A stretch of 64,000 nt of DNA from Candidatus Marinacidobacterales bacterium (GTDB lineage Bacteria > Acidobacteriota > Vicinamibacteria > Marinacidobacterales > SMYC01), in the NCBI GenBank assembly GCA_965237955.1, contig OZ250169.1, positions 1,824,001 through 1,888,000 on the forward strand. The letters are read 5' to 3'. Below the pieces are notes generated by a model, which had not been told where the DNA came from, ran no database searches, and saw nothing but the letters and a program-made list of their open reading frames with translations. The translations under genes were made by a program, and so were the position numbers. Each line of letters starts with the position of its first letter. Position 1 is the stretch's first letter. This document shows positions 52,247 through 63,003 of this stretch, piece by piece.

Positions 52247-53233
52247 TCAGCGAGACTGTAGCGAGGTGATCGCGGCGACATTGACAATATCCTCCACGCT
52301 GCAACCACGCGAGAGATCGTTGGCGGGCATCGCCAGGCCTTGAAGGATGGGACCGATAGCGGCCGCACCTGCGAGGCGCTCGATGAGCTTGCAGGCGATG
52401 TTTCCAGAGTCCAAGTCTGGAAAAATCAGCGTATTCGCCCGGCCCGCCACTTCGCTCGCGGGGGCTTTTCTTTGCCCGACCTCGGGCACGATCGCAGCGT
52501 CGGCTTGAAGCTCGCCGTCGGTCGCGAGCGCGGGAGCGCGCGCTTTCAGCGTCTCCGCCGCCTCGGCAACCTTGCGCACGTGCGGGTGGTCCGCGCTTCC
52601 TTTCGTTGAAAACGACAACAGCGCGACTCGGGGCTCGATTTCGAGGAACAGACGGGTGTTGGCCGCGGCGAGCTCGGCGATCTCGACGAGCTCGGTCGCG
52701 CTCGGATCGGGCAACACAGCGCAGTCGGCGAACAAATATTGTCCGCGTTCGTCGGCGAAGCACATGAGAAAGAAGCTGGAGACTCGCCGGACACCTTCCT
52801 GGGTGCCGAAGACGCGGATCGCGGGACGCAATACGTTGGCGGTGCTGTTGAGAGCCCCGGCGACGTAGCCGGCCGCGTCCCCGGCGGCGACCATTAGCGC
52901 ACCGAAATAGATAGGGTCTTGGGCCTGGTTTCTCGCCTCGTCCTCGGAGATGCCTTTGTGACGGCCCATCTGGTAGAGACGCTCGCCGTAAATATCTGCT
53001 CTGGCGCGGTTTTGCGAGGAGTGGATCTCGATGTTCCCGAGGCTCACGCCCGCCGATCGCGCTGCATCGTGGACGGCATCCGGCTCCCCAATCAGAACGG
53101 GCTCGGCGACGCCTCGGGTGCGCATCGAAACCGCCGCTTTCAGGGTGCGGGGCTCGGTCGACTCGGGCAGGACGATGCGCTTCTTGTCGGAAGCGGCGCG
53201 CTCCTGGAGTTTTTGCAGAAACGGGTCGGACAT
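52247..53233 (-). CDS. pta: Phosphate acetyltransferase
   Basis: [47 protein letters not shown]. Confidence 0.93.
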   Translation of the reverse strand: MSDPFLQKLQERAASDKKRIVLPESTEPRTLKAAVSMRTRGVAEPVLIGEPDAVHDAARSAGVSLGNIEIHSSQNRARADIYGERLYQMGRHKGISEDEARNQAQDPIYFGALMVAAGDAAGYVAGALNSTANVLRPAIRVFGTQEGVRRVSSFFLMCFADERGQYLFADCAVLPDPSATELVEIAELAAANTRLFLEIEPRVALLSFSTKGSADHPHVRKVAEAAETLKARAPALATDGELQADAAIVPEVGQRKAPASEVAGRANTLIFPDLDSGNIACKLIERLAGAAAIGPILQGLAMPANDLSRGCSVEDIVNVAAITSLQSR

Positions 53234-53378
53234 CGAAGCGGCGAGTCTAGCACACGCATTGATGACCCAATAAGTGGCCCCGGCTCAGATAGTTTGACAA
53301 GGTATGGCGAGTGTGATAATTTTGTAGGGCTTCGAATAAAAGGGCGATGCCCTTGGTTTCTAGGAGGAACTCTTAGCA

Positions 53379-53717
53379 ATGAAGATCGAAGAACGAGCAG
53401 TCGATGGCGTCACCATCTTGGATCTGCATGGCAAAATGCTCATTGGTGAAGGTGACGAGCTGCTTCGCGAGAAAATCAATAGTTTAGTCGAGAACGGAAC
53501 CGAGAAAATCGTGCTGAATCTGGCCGAGGTTCCCTACGTCGACAGTGCCGGCCTGGGTGAAATCGTTCGCTGCTATACGACCGTCAGCCGCAAGAACGGT
53601 GAGTTCAAGCTCTTGAACTTGACCAAACGCATTCACGACCTGCTGTCGATCACGAAGCTTCTGACCGTCTTCGATACCTACGAAGACGAAGCGTCCGTGG
53701 TCAAGAGCTTTGCCTAA
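53379..53717 (+). CDS. STAS-domain anti-sigma factor antagonist
   Basis: VLNLAEVPYVDSAGLG; AGGAGG SD. Confidence 0.92.
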   Translation: MKIEERAVDGVTILDLHGKMLIGEGDELLREKINSLVENGTEKIVLNLAEVPYVDSAGLGEIVRCYTTVSRKNGEFKLLNLTKRIHDLLSITKLLTVFDTYEDEASVVKSFA

Positions 53718-53869
53718 GGAGACGTCGAGACGTCGAGGCGCCGGATTCGTTTGGACAAGCCTTGCACCGGAAGGAGTAAGGAAGCCAACGAGTGAGGAAG
53801 CTAGGGCGTAGACAAGTTGCTCCGTTCGCGGATGCGGCGGCCTTTCGTCAGCAAAGGTAAAATGCGCTG

Positions 53870-54763
53870 GTGTCTCTTGCTCGCCAGCTCAAACAGCTCC
53901 TCATATCCCTACGCCCACACCAGTGGACAAAAAATCTAATTGTACTCGCAGCGCTCATCTTCGCGGAGCGCCTGTTCGACGGCCCCTCGGTAACGGCCGC
54001 GGCGATTGCGTTCGGGATTTTTTGCTTGCTGTCGGGCGCGGTCTATCTCGTCAACGACCTGGTAGACGTCGAGCAGGATCGTCGGCACCCGGTGAAGCGG
54101 GACCGGCCTTTGGCGAGAGGGAAGTTGTCGCGGGTTGTGGCGCTTGCGGCGGCGGTATCGATCGTCGTCGTCGGTCTCACGGGCGCGTTTTTACTTGGGA
54201 CTCGGTTCGGGATTGCGGCCCTCGTCTACTTTATGATGATGACCGCGTATTCCTTGGCGCTCAAGAACGTCGTTATTCTGGACGTTCTCGTCGTCGCGCT
54301 GGGTTTCGTGCTGAGGGCCGTCGCCGGAGCGCTGGCGATCGACGTGGCGTTCAGCAACTGGCTCTTGGTATGCACATTGCTGGGCGCGTTGTTTCTGGCT
54401 CTCGCCAAACGGCGACACGAGCTGACGCTCTTGGCGGATGAAGCAGCGGAGCATCGGAGGATTCTAGGAGAGTATAGTCCCTATCTGTTGGATCAGATGA
54501 TTGCCGTGGTGACGGCTTCGACCCTGGTCTCGTACGCGCTCTACACGTTGGCGCCGGAGACCGTGGACAGATTCGGAACGGATCGATTCATATGGACGCT
54601 TCCTTTGGTGTTGTATGGGATTTTTCGTTACCTGTACCTCGTGCATCGAAAGGAAGCGGGGGGAGATCCTAGTCGGGTGCTCCTCAATGATAGGCCGATT
54701 CTCGTGACAGTGGCGCTTTGGGCAGCGGCGGTGGTCACGTTGATTTACCACGGAAGCCGTTAG
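53870..54763 (+). CDS. UbiA-family polyprenyl-phosphate phosphoribosyltransferase (DPPR synthase-like)
   Basis: LRPHQWTKN, YLVNDLVDVEQDRRHPVKRDRPLARG, KRRHEL, GIFRYLY. Confidence 0.85.
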   Translation: MSLARQLKQLLISLRPHQWTKNLIVLAALIFAERLFDGPSVTAAAIAFGIFCLLSGAVYLVNDLVDVEQDRRHPVKRDRPLARGKLSRVVALAAAVSIVVVGLTGAFLLGTRFGIAALVYFMMMTAYSLALKNVVILDVLVVALGFVLRAVAGALAIDVAFSNWLLVCTLLGALFLALAKRRHELTLLADEAAEHRRILGEYSPYLLDQMIAVVTASTLVSYALYTLAPETVDRFGTDRFIWTLPLVLYGIFRYLYLVHRKEAGGDPSRVLLNDRPILVTVALWAAAVVTLIYHGSR

Positions 54764-54843
54764 GGTATAGACTCTCCGAAACGACGAACTGCCCAGCGTA
54801 GTGAACGTGTTCGCCAACTTCGGCAAACACGGTTAGGAGGCCT

Positions 54844-55548
54844 ATGTCTACCTTCAGCGCGAAAGGATCGGACATCGATGTCGAGGCCATCATGGCCAAC
54901 ATCCGAAAGAAGATCGAAGAGAAGCGCAAAGGGCTCTACACGGAAGAAGAAGTTCGCGAGATCGCGGAGATGCGGCTCGACGCTATTCTCGACAGCAACG
55001 AGTTCAATAGTGATTTCGTCGCGGCGTTTCGGGCGCGGGACGAGCAGTGGAACTACACGTTTACTCCCGAAACGATTTATGCGTCGTCGCGAGCGGGAGG
55101 GGGTGGGCTCATCCGCTCGCTGCGCGGGCTTTTGAATCCAATTCTCAAGCTGTTCTTCAATCCCAATCCCATGATCAGCGCGCTCTCGCGCCAGTCGGAT
55201 CTAAATCGCTACTACGTGCTCATGCTGCACAACATGACTACGGAGATGACCCGGCTGAACCTCGAGCTCACGAACCTCAAAGCGCGGCTTCGAACCTTAG
55301 GCGTCCGGGTCGACTTCCAGACGAAACGCGAAAAGACGTTCGAGCAGCTCGAGTCGGGCCAGAGGAGAGAGACGCGAGAGACGCGAGAGACTTCATCTTC
55401 AACTTCATCGAACGAAGGCCGTCGCCGCGGGCGAGGTGGTGGCGGCGGACGGCGCCCCTACCGTCGTCGCCGTGGGGGAAGAGCGAGCGGCGGCGGTCGC
55501 GGTGGTGATTCCGGCTCCAGAGACGGTGGCGGTGGAGGCTCGAAGTAA
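54844..55548 (+). CDS. Hypothetical coiled-coil protein with Arg/Gly-rich C-terminal tail
   Basis: AGGAGG SD; DVEAIMANIRKKI N-terminus; coiled coil; RRRGRGGGGGRRPYRRRRGG tail. Confidence 0.75.
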   Translation: MSTFSAKGSDIDVEAIMANIRKKIEEKRKGLYTEEEVREIAEMRLDAILDSNEFNSDFVAAFRARDEQWNYTFTPETIYASSRAGGGGLIRSLRGLLNPILKLFFNPNPMISALSRQSDLNRYYVLMLHNMTTEMTRLNLELTNLKARLRTLGVRVDFQTKREKTFEQLESGQRRETRETRETSSSTSSNEGRRRGRGGGGGRRPYRRRRGGRASGGGRGGDSGSRDGGGGGSK

Positions 55549-55552
55549 CCGC

Positions 55553-56872
55553 GTGCCGGGAGGCTCCCGAGAGACGGTAGCTCTCGGCGCCGCTCGAGCT
55601 TCGACCCGGCCGCGAAGAGACGCCGAGCGGCTTCGACTCGCGTTCGTCGTTCAGCGATACGGCGACGACGTCAACGGGGGTGCCGAGTACCACTGCCGGT
55701 TGATCGCGGAGCACCTGGCGCGGCAGCATCAGGTCGAGGTGTTGACGACCTGCGCGAAGGACTACATCACCTGGCGCAACGAGCATCGAGCTGGGCTTCA
55801 GGTCGTGAACGGTGTTCGGGTGCGCCGGTTCAAGGTCAAAAAAACCCGAGATCCCGATCGCTTCGGCCGTCTGTCGCAAAAAGTTTTTCTGGGTCGTCAC
55901 GACGAGCAAGACGAGCTCGCGTGGCTCGACGAGCAGGGGCCGCTTTCTCCGAAGCTGCTGGCTTTTTTGAAACGCCGGTACGATGAATACGACTACTTTG
56001 TTTTCTTCAGCTATCGCTACTACCACAGCTTCTACGGCGTGCAGGCGGTCGCTCCCAAGGCGGTGCTCGTACCTACGGCCGAGCGGGATGAAGTGATCGA
56101 CCTCGCGATCTTCAAGACGTTGTTCCGCCTCCCGAGGGCCATCGTCTACAACTCCGTCGAAGAACGCGCGATGATCTGGCAGAAGTCGGGTAACCGCAGC
56201 GTGCGCGGCGAAGTCGTCGGAGTCGGCTCCGACGTGCCCGCATCCATCGACCGCGAGCTTTTCCGCACGCGGCAAAGCGGCCAGAACAAATTGGATCGCT
56301 ACATCATCTATATCGGCCGGATCGACCAGAACAAAGGCTGCCGGACGCTCTTCAACTACTATCGCCGCTACCGGGAAGAGACAAGATCGCCTCTCGAGCT
56401 CGTGCTCGTGGGTGGCAAGATGATGGACATCCCGGATGATCCGGGTATTCGCTACGTCGGGTTTTTGTCCGAGGCGGAAAAGTGGAGTGCGCTCACAGGC
56501 GCCGAGCTTCTCGTCATGCCCTCGGAGCTCGAGAGCCTTTCCATGGTGACCAACGAAGCCTGGTCAATAGGAAAGCCGGTTCTCGCGAATGGCAAGTGCG
56601 ACGTGCTGAGGGGCCAGTGCCGTCGCTCGAACGCCGGTCTCTACTTCGACGACTACTACGAGTTCCGGGGCGCGCTGTCGCGGCTCGAGGCCGACAAAGC
56701 GCTTCGCGACGGCCTCGGCCGAAACGGTGAGCGCTATTACCGTGGCCACTATCGCTGGGAAGTGGTAGAGGGAAAGTACAATCGGATGTTGTCGTTACTT
56801 CGCAACGAAGACCGAAAGCGACCACCGGTCATCGCTAGGGACGGTCTTTTGGCACGCCTTTTGGGAAATTGA
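55553..56872 (+). CDS. Glycosyltransferase family 4 (type A)
   Basis: LAFVVQRYG...GGAE, YIGRID, PSELESLSMV.NEAW; start uncertain. Confidence 0.88.
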   Translation: MPGGSRETVALGAARASTRPRRDAERLRLAFVVQRYGDDVNGGAEYHCRLIAEHLARQHQVEVLTTCAKDYITWRNEHRAGLQVVNGVRVRRFKVKKTRDPDRFGRLSQKVFLGRHDEQDELAWLDEQGPLSPKLLAFLKRRYDEYDYFVFFSYRYYHSFYGVQAVAPKAVLVPTAERDEVIDLAIFKTLFRLPRAIVYNSVEERAMIWQKSGNRSVRGEVVGVGSDVPASIDRELFRTRQSGQNKLDRYIIYIGRIDQNKGCRTLFNYYRRYREETRSPLELVLVGGKMMDIPDDPGIRYVGFLSEAEKWSALTGAELLVMPSELESLSMVTNEAWSIGKPVLANGKCDVLRGQCRRSNAGLYFDDYYEFRGALSRLEADKALRDGLGRNGERYYRGHYRWEVVEGKYNRMLSLLRNEDRKRPPVIARDGLLARLLGN

Positions 56873-56877
56873 GCTGA

Positions 56878-57960
56878 ATGCAGATTCACCAGATGCTCGC
56901 AGCTCTTTCCTATGGAGATGCCATCGGGAATGAAGCGTTGCGCATCCAGCGGATCCTTCGAGAGGGCGGATTCGATTCCGAGATTTTCGCGGAATCGGTT
57001 CACCCCGAGATGGCGGGCTTGGCGAAAAAACTCTGGGATTACCAAAACGTCTCGTCGCCGGACAACCTCCTCATACTCCATTTTTCGATCGGCGCAGGGG
57101 TGAGCACGTTTGCGTACCACTTGCCCGACCCGATTCTTCTCATCTACCACAACATTACGCCGGCGCGTTGGTTCGCGACGTTCCACCAGCATCTCGCCGG
57201 TCTGTGCTACCACGGGCGACGCGAGCTACAGGCGTTCGTTCCGCAAACGCGGCTGGCGCTGGGCGATTCCGAGTTCAACCGTGCGGAGCTCGAGGCGGTC
57301 GGGTTTCATCCGACCGGGGTCCTGCCGTTGCTTCTCGACACCGACCGTCTCGCGGAAGCGCCGAGCCCGGTCGTCGTCGAGATGTTCGATGACGACAAGA
57401 CGAATTTTCTCTTCGTCGGCCGCGTGATCCCGAACAAGTGCTTCCACGATCTCATCAAGGTGTTTGCGTTCTATCAGAAGTTCGTCGATCGCAATTCGCG
57501 GTTGCTGCTCGTCGGCGAGTGGGTGGGGTTCGAGAAGTATTACGAAGCGCTCATCCGGCTCGTCGATGATCTCCAGTTGAAAGACGTCGTCTTCACCGGG
57601 CACGTTGACGACGACGATCTCGCCGCGTACTACGAGGTCGCCGATCTGTTCCTGTGTCTGAGCGAGCACGAGGGCTACTGCGTGCCTCTGATCGAGGCCT
57701 TTCGTTTCGGTGTGCCGGTGATGGCCGCTGACGCGGGCGCGGTTCCCGAAACGCTCGGAGACGCCGGCGTCCTTATCCGCGAAAAACGTATCGATGAGAT
57801 AGGGCTCATGGCGCACGCCATCGTGAGCGACGAAGCGCTCAACCAGAAGATCGTCGAAGCTCAGGACCGCGTGCTCGAGCGCATGAGCTCCCGGGACGAT
57901 GCGGCATTGCTCATGGAGTTCGTGAAGCAGGCGATGGAGCGAGAAACGGTCGGTAAGTAG
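56878..57960 (+). CDS. Glycosyltransferase family 4 (type B)
   Basis: GDAIGNEA, YHNITP, FVGRVIPNK, SEHEGYCVPLIEA. Confidence 0.9.
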   Translation: MQIHQMLAALSYGDAIGNEALRIQRILREGGFDSEIFAESVHPEMAGLAKKLWDYQNVSSPDNLLILHFSIGAGVSTFAYHLPDPILLIYHNITPARWFATFHQHLAGLCYHGRRELQAFVPQTRLALGDSEFNRAELEAVGFHPTGVLPLLLDTDRLAEAPSPVVVEMFDDDKTNFLFVGRVIPNKCFHDLIKVFAFYQKFVDRNSRLLLVGEWVGFEKYYEALIRLVDDLQLKDVVFTGHVDDDDLAAYYEVADLFLCLSEHEGYCVPLIEAFRFGVPVMAADAGAVPETLGDAGVLIREKRIDEIGLMAHAIVSDEALNQKIVEAQDRVLERMSSRDDAALLMEFVKQAMERETVGK

Positions 57961-57961
57961 G

Positions 57962-59050
57962 ATGCGGGTGGGACGAGTCGGACGAGTTGACCAGTGGGTT
58001 CCAGCGGCGCATCGGGGGGATGCGATCGGCGACGAGGCTATCCGCATCCGCGACGTTCTCCGGCGAGCCGGCATGGAGTCCGACGTGTTTTCGTTACATG
58101 TCGACGATGACCTGGCGGGCGAGGTCCTCGAGTTCTCCGAGAGGCCTCAGAGCCCTCGGAGCGATGTCTCGATTCTTCATTTTGCCCTGCCGTCGCCGCT
58201 CACCGAAGCTTTCGTCGAAGCATCCGGCAAGAAAGTCCTCATCTATCACAACATCACCCCGTCTCGATTCTTCGTGAACTACGACAATGAGCTCGTCCGG
58301 ATTGCCGAGGCTGGGACGAGAGAGCTCGTGTCGCTGTCGGACGCGGTCGATCTCGCGCTCGGTGATTCGGAGTACAACCGCGAGGAGCTCGAGAATCTCG
58401 GTTTTGACCGGACTGGGGTTCTTCCCATTTTGATGGACTTCGACGACTACCTGGAGGGGACGCCGAGCCCGGTGATGGAAGAGATGCTGGACGACGGTCG
58501 CGCCAATTTCCTGTTCGTCGGCCGCGTCTATCCGAACAAGCGGTTCGAGGACTTGGCGCGACTCGCGTTCTTCTACAAGAAATATGTGTCCGAAGATTTC
58601 CGGTTCATCCTCGTCGGCAAAGCCGGCCGGATGGAGCGTTACCAACAGTCGGTCCAAGCTCTCGCGGACAAGTGGGGCTTGAGGCCAAGTGAGTTTTTGT
58701 TCACGGGGCACGTGAGCTTTCAAGACCTGCTCGCGTGTTACCGGTGCTCCGATGTGTTCATCAGTATGAGTGAGCACGAGGGCTTCGGAGTCCCCCTGGT
58801 GGAGTCCATGCTCATGGAGCTTCCGGTGTTGGCCTATGCGGCTGCAGCAGTGCCCGATACGCTGGGCGGCGCCGGTATTCAGTTTCGCGAGAAGCGATAC
58901 GAGGAGTTGGCCGAGATGGCCCATTTACTAACGGTCGATGAAAGTTTGAGAAACGCTGTGATCGAATCCCAACAAGCGCGGTTGGAGCGTTTTCATCCCA
59001 ACCGTGTCGAAGCCGATCTACTAGGCTACCTTGAGGAGGTGAGCTCGTGA
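57962..59050 (+). CDS. Glycosyltransferase family 4 (type B)
   Basis: GDAIGDEA, YHNITP, FVGRVYPNK, SEHEGFGVPLVES. Confidence 0.9.
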   Translation: MRVGRVGRVDQWVPAAHRGDAIGDEAIRIRDVLRRAGMESDVFSLHVDDDLAGEVLEFSERPQSPRSDVSILHFALPSPLTEAFVEASGKKVLIYHNITPSRFFVNYDNELVRIAEAGTRELVSLSDAVDLALGDSEYNREELENLGFDRTGVLPILMDFDDYLEGTPSPVMEEMLDDGRANFLFVGRVYPNKRFEDLARLAFFYKKYVSEDFRFILVGKAGRMERYQQSVQALADKWGLRPSEFLFTGHVSFQDLLACYRCSDVFISMSEHEGFGVPLVESMLMELPVLAYAAAAVPDTLGGAGIQFREKRYEELAEMAHLLTVDESLRNAVIESQQARLERFHPNRVEADLLGYLEEVSS

Positions 59051-61002
59051 AGCTGGCATTCATCGTACAACGATACGGGCGGGAGATTCTTGGCGGCTCC
59101 GAGACCCTTGCCCGTCAGCTAGCTGAGCGACTCTCCCGGCGCCACGAGATCACCGTGCTCACGACCACGGCGAAGGACTACATCACGTGGAAAAACGCAT
59201 ACAAACCCGGTGAGGAGAAACAGCGCGGGGTTCGCATAATCCGCTTTCCCGTAGAGGGCGAGCGCGACATCGACGCCTTCAACAAGTTCTCGGAAGGGAT
59301 CTATCAGGGTAAGCCGACGCGCGAGCAAGAGCTCGAGTGGCTCGAGCGGCAGGGCCCGGCGTCGCCCGAGCTCATCGAGTATCTGAAAAAGGAGCACGGT
59401 CGCTTCGACCTAATCATTTTTTTCACGTACCTCTACTACCCGACGTACTATGGTCTCCAAGTAGCACCGGAAAAAAGCGTTCTCGTTCCTACCGCTCATG
59501 ACGAGCCGCCGTTGAAGCTCGGCATTTTCAAGGAGATGTTCCAGCTTCCGAGCTCCTACTTGTTCAACACCGAAGCAGAAGAGCTGCTCGTGCTCGAGCG
59601 ATTCCCGGTGCACAAGAAGATGCGCGAGACCATCGGCATGGGGATGGATCTTCTCGATCAGCCTGACCCGTCGATTTTCCGCAAGCGGCACGCTGTCTCG
59701 GCCAACTACTTTCTCTACGCTGGGCGAATCGACGGAGGCAAGGGTCTCGAGGAGCTTTTTCGATACTTCAGCTTCTACAAGGAAGAGCATCCAGCGTCGG
59801 GGAACCTCGAGCTCATCCTCATCGGCAAGCTCGGCATGAAGCTCCCGAACGACAAATCGATTCGTTACGTTGGGTTCGTGGACGAAGCCGAGAAACTGTC
59901 CGCGATGGCGGGCGCGATCGCCGTGTTCCAGCCGTCGAAGATGGAAAGCCTTTCCATCGTGACCCTCGAAGCGTTCGCCGTCGCTACGCCGGTCATCGCC
60001 AACGCTGCCTCACAGGTCCTCATCGATCACTGCCGCAAAGCGAACGCTGGTTTCTACTATCGTGACTTTGAAGAGTTCGAGGAGATCGTTGGTCTCCTAC
60101 TCTCGGATCGAAACCTCGCGCGAGACCTCGGGAAAAACGGTCAGCGCTACATCAAGGAAAACTACGGGTGGCAGAAGCTTCTGTCGAAGTACGAGCATGC
60201 GCTCAGGAGCTCGGCTCGCCCAGTCAAAGAGCCGAAAGAGCCCAAAGATGCCCGTCGTCGGGATCGTGCTGAGCTCGATTCCGAACGCGAGCCCGAACGC
60301 GAGTCCGAACGCGGGGAAGAAGAGCCGGTCGAGACGAAAGAGCCGGATGCGGCCAGTGAGCGCGCTAACCCCGCTGACAATGCCACGCCCGAACCGAGTA
60401 AGGCTCGGGAAGAGGAGCGCGCGCACCTCGAAGCAGTTTCGGAGTCCGAGGATCCGGATGCAACGCTTGCGGACAACGGGCAGGTCGAAACCGCCGAGCT
60501 CGATCTCAATGCCGTGGCCGAGAGCACCGAGCCCCAAGATGGGGATGCATCGGCCGACCGTGCAGAGCAGGTTGTCGTCGAGCCCGAACCGCCGCCGCCG
60601 CCGGATGAGCCTTCGGAGCCGGTTGAGACCTCGGCGTCATCGGAATCGACGGAACCCCGGCCTGAGCCCCCTGAGCTTAAAGAAGATGAGCCCGCGGAAG
60701 AAGAGGTAGACGAAGACGTCGCGCACCTGCCGAGCTTTTTCCGCGCCGCGATCCCGCCGCGAAAACACGAGCCCGCGGCCAAGCCCCCGGAGGAGCCTCG
60801 TCCGGCCAAGCCTCCGGAGGAGCCTCCGAAACCCGCGTCACCTCCGCCATCGCCACCGCCAGCCGACGGCGGGATTCCGGAGTTCTTTCGTCCGAAACCG
60901 AAAGCCGACTCCGCCTCCAAACTCGAGTCGGAGGAGGTTTCCGATCGCAGCGACACGCAAAAAGCGAGCGACACCCCCGCGCCCGAGTCGACCGTCGAAT
61001 AA
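59047..61002 (+). CDS. Glycosyltransferase family 4 (type A) with about 260-aa acidic/Pro-rich tail
   Basis: LAFIVQRYG...GGSE, YAGRID, PSKMESLSIVTLEA; low-complexity E/P/A/S tail. Confidence 0.88.
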   Translation: MKLAFIVQRYGREILGGSETLARQLAERLSRRHEITVLTTTAKDYITWKNAYKPGEEKQRGVRIIRFPVEGERDIDAFNKFSEGIYQGKPTREQELEWLERQGPASPELIEYLKKEHGRFDLIIFFTYLYYPTYYGLQVAPEKSVLVPTAHDEPPLKLGIFKEMFQLPSSYLFNTEAEELLVLERFPVHKKMRETIGMGMDLLDQPDPSIFRKRHAVSANYFLYAGRIDGGKGLEELFRYFSFYKEEHPASGNLELILIGKLGMKLPNDKSIRYVGFVDEAEKLSAMAGAIAVFQPSKMESLSIVTLEAFAVATPVIANAASQVLIDHCRKANAGFYYRDFEEFEEIVGLLLSDRNLARDLGKNGQRYIKENYGWQKLLSKYEHALRSSARPVKEPKEPKDARRRDRAELDSEREPERESERGEEEPVETKEPDAASERANPADNATPEPSKAREEERAHLEAVSESEDPDATLADNGQVETAELDLNAVAESTEPQDGDASADRAEQVVVEPEPPPPPDEPSEPVETSASSESTEPRPEPPELKEDEPAEEEVDEDVAHLPSFFRAAIPPRKHEPAAKPPEEPRPAKPPEEPPKPASPPPSPPPADGGIPEFFRPKPKADSASKLESEEVSDRSDTQKASDTPAPESTVE

Positions 61003-61122
61003 CTTTACACACCATCTGTAACGGTAAGCTGTTGTCCAGCACGTCGTTACTGTCAACGCCGGCCGAAAACTGCGCATTCATGGCGGATGAAAATTGCACA
61101 CCCGAGCCATGGGTGGCGAACC

Positions 61123-61963
61123 CTATGACGCCGTCGCCTCCGTGTATTTCCTATGAGATTTAGCCGGCGGGTGAGGTTCGTCCGAACCCGCCGGATGGAG
61201 CGCTCGCCACAGTTCGGAGTGCTCTCTCATGCGGTAACTGTTTCCTCGGATGTTGACGAGGTGGCAGTGGTGCAGAAATGCGGTCGATGAGAGCGGCGGC
61301 CATGACTTCGTCGCCAAGGATCTCGCCCCATTCCTCGAAACTTTTGTTAGAGGTGAGCACGGTCGAAGCGCGCTCGTATCGCCTACTTATGAGCTGGAAA
61401 AAAAGCACCGCGCCGGTCTGGGTGACGGGTAGGTATCCGATTTCATCGACAACAAGCAGTGACGGATAACTGAGAACCGCGAGTCGACGAGTGAGGCGGC
61501 CCGCGTCACGAGCCTCTTCGAGGGAGGTGATGAGCTCAGCCAGGGTGCCGTAATAGACGCGCCGTCCATTCTGGGCAGCGGCGATGGCAAGACTAATCGC
61601 GAGATGAGTTTTGCCCACACCAGGAGGTCCCAATAAGACGACGTTCTCCTTACGTTCAACGAACCCGAGCTCGTGAAGGTTCTCAATCTGCTCGCGTTTG
61701 ATCGATGGCTGGAACGAAAAATCGAACTCATCGATTGTTTTGACCGCGGGGAGTCGTGAGGAGCGCATCGCCGCTTGGAGACGACGGTTGTTTCTCAACG
61801 TGATCTGCGCTCCAAGAAGGTTCTCGATGGCCTCCGCCGTTGTGACCGCACCGCCATCGGCATCAGATAGTACGCGGTCGACAGCTTCGAGCGCGCCAGG
61901 CATCTTTAGGTCGGCCAGCATCGTACGGATCTGCTCACGTCGCGATATTGTGCTCGCCTTCAT
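61123..61963 (-). CDS. istB: IS21 helper ATPase IstB (+1 frameshift near 61277)
   Basis: FDFSFQP, GPPGVGKTHLA, VDEIGY, TSNKSFEEW; DRILHHCHLVNIRGNSYR is restored by removing one base. Confidence 0.92.
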
Positions 61964-63003
61964 TGTCCACCTCCAACGAGCCGCGTGTAGACTTCGAGGG
62001 GACGATGCTCGACATCCATCGAAGGCAGTGTGGTTAAGCAGGCTTTTGGAGTTCTTCTCGCGGGTTGGTTTGGCAGTACAAGAGAGCGATATGGCCGCTC
62101 AACGAGCGGTCTCAGAGTGGCCCTTTCATCGCGCGCGAATCGTTCTATCGGTCGTTCGTTGGTTGTGCGATGGAGTCGGACGTTGGCGACGTCACTCAGC
62201 CAACGCTCGAGCTGAGCATCGAGGTCGTCATCGTTGATAAAGTGGCGACCGTAGAAGAAGCTTCCTCTCACATAGCGGATTGGCCTTTCCACTTTGCCCT
62301 TGGTCTTCGCCCGATACGGGCGACACGCTCTTGTTCGAAACTCCCAGTGGTGGGCGAAGCGGACGAACTCTGGGTTCTCAACGAGAGGGCCACCTTCCCG
62401 GCGGTGATCCTCGACGATGACCGAACGCATCTGGTCAAAAAGGAGCTCTTTGGGAACTCCTCCAAAAAATAGGAAGGCCTGCTCAAGCCCCGCGAACAAC
62501 GTCCGCATGTCCTGTCGCTTGAAAAACCGAAGCCATAGCAGCCTCGAGTATCCGAGCACCACGAGAAGTGCCCACCGACGACCCCATGGCAAACGAAAGT
62601 GTGCAAAATCGACCTGAGCTTGGTGGCCTGGTGAGGTCTCGAAACGCACCAGCGGCTCCGCCGGTGGCTGTGGGCGAATCTGCCGCACGTACTCCTTGAC
62701 CTGCGTGTAGCCGCCTTCATAGCCCGCGGCACGGATCTCATCATGCAGGCGTACTGAACTCAGCTCCGGGAACTCGTGCAGGCGCGAATGAAGGATCTCC
62801 CGGTACGGGTCGATCCTGCGCTCGATCCGCGGACGCTTCTTGTAGCGCACCGTTTCCTCGTCCAACTCTCGGTCCAGTTGACCCGTCTTTATCCAGTGGT
62901 GGACCGTTCGGCGGCTGATTCCTAGCTTGTCTGCTAGCGCCGCCTTCTTGATTCCCTGCTCCAAATACTCTCGTAGTAACACTCGTTTCTCCCTTCCGTA
63001 CAT
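61960..63003 (-). CDS. istA: IS21 transposase IstA
   Basis: RFETSPGHQAQVDF, LFDQMR, CRPYRAKTKGKVERPIRY. Confidence 0.94.
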   Translation of the reverse strand: MYGREKRVLLREYLEQGIKKAALADKLGISRRTVHHWIKTGQLDRELDEETVRYKKRPRIERRIDPYREILHSRLHEFPELSSVRLHDEIRAAGYEGGYTQVKEYVRQIRPQPPAEPLVRFETSPGHQAQVDFAHFRLPWGRRWALLVVLGYSRLLWLRFFKRQDMRTLFAGLEQAFLFFGGVPKELLFDQMRSVIVEDHRREGGPLVENPEFVRFAHHWEFRTRACRPYRAKTKGKVERPIRYVRGSFFYGRHFINDDDLDAQLERWLSDVANVRLHRTTNERPIERFARDERATLRPLVERPYRSLVLPNQPARRTPKACLTTLPSMDVEHRPLEVYTRLVGGGQ

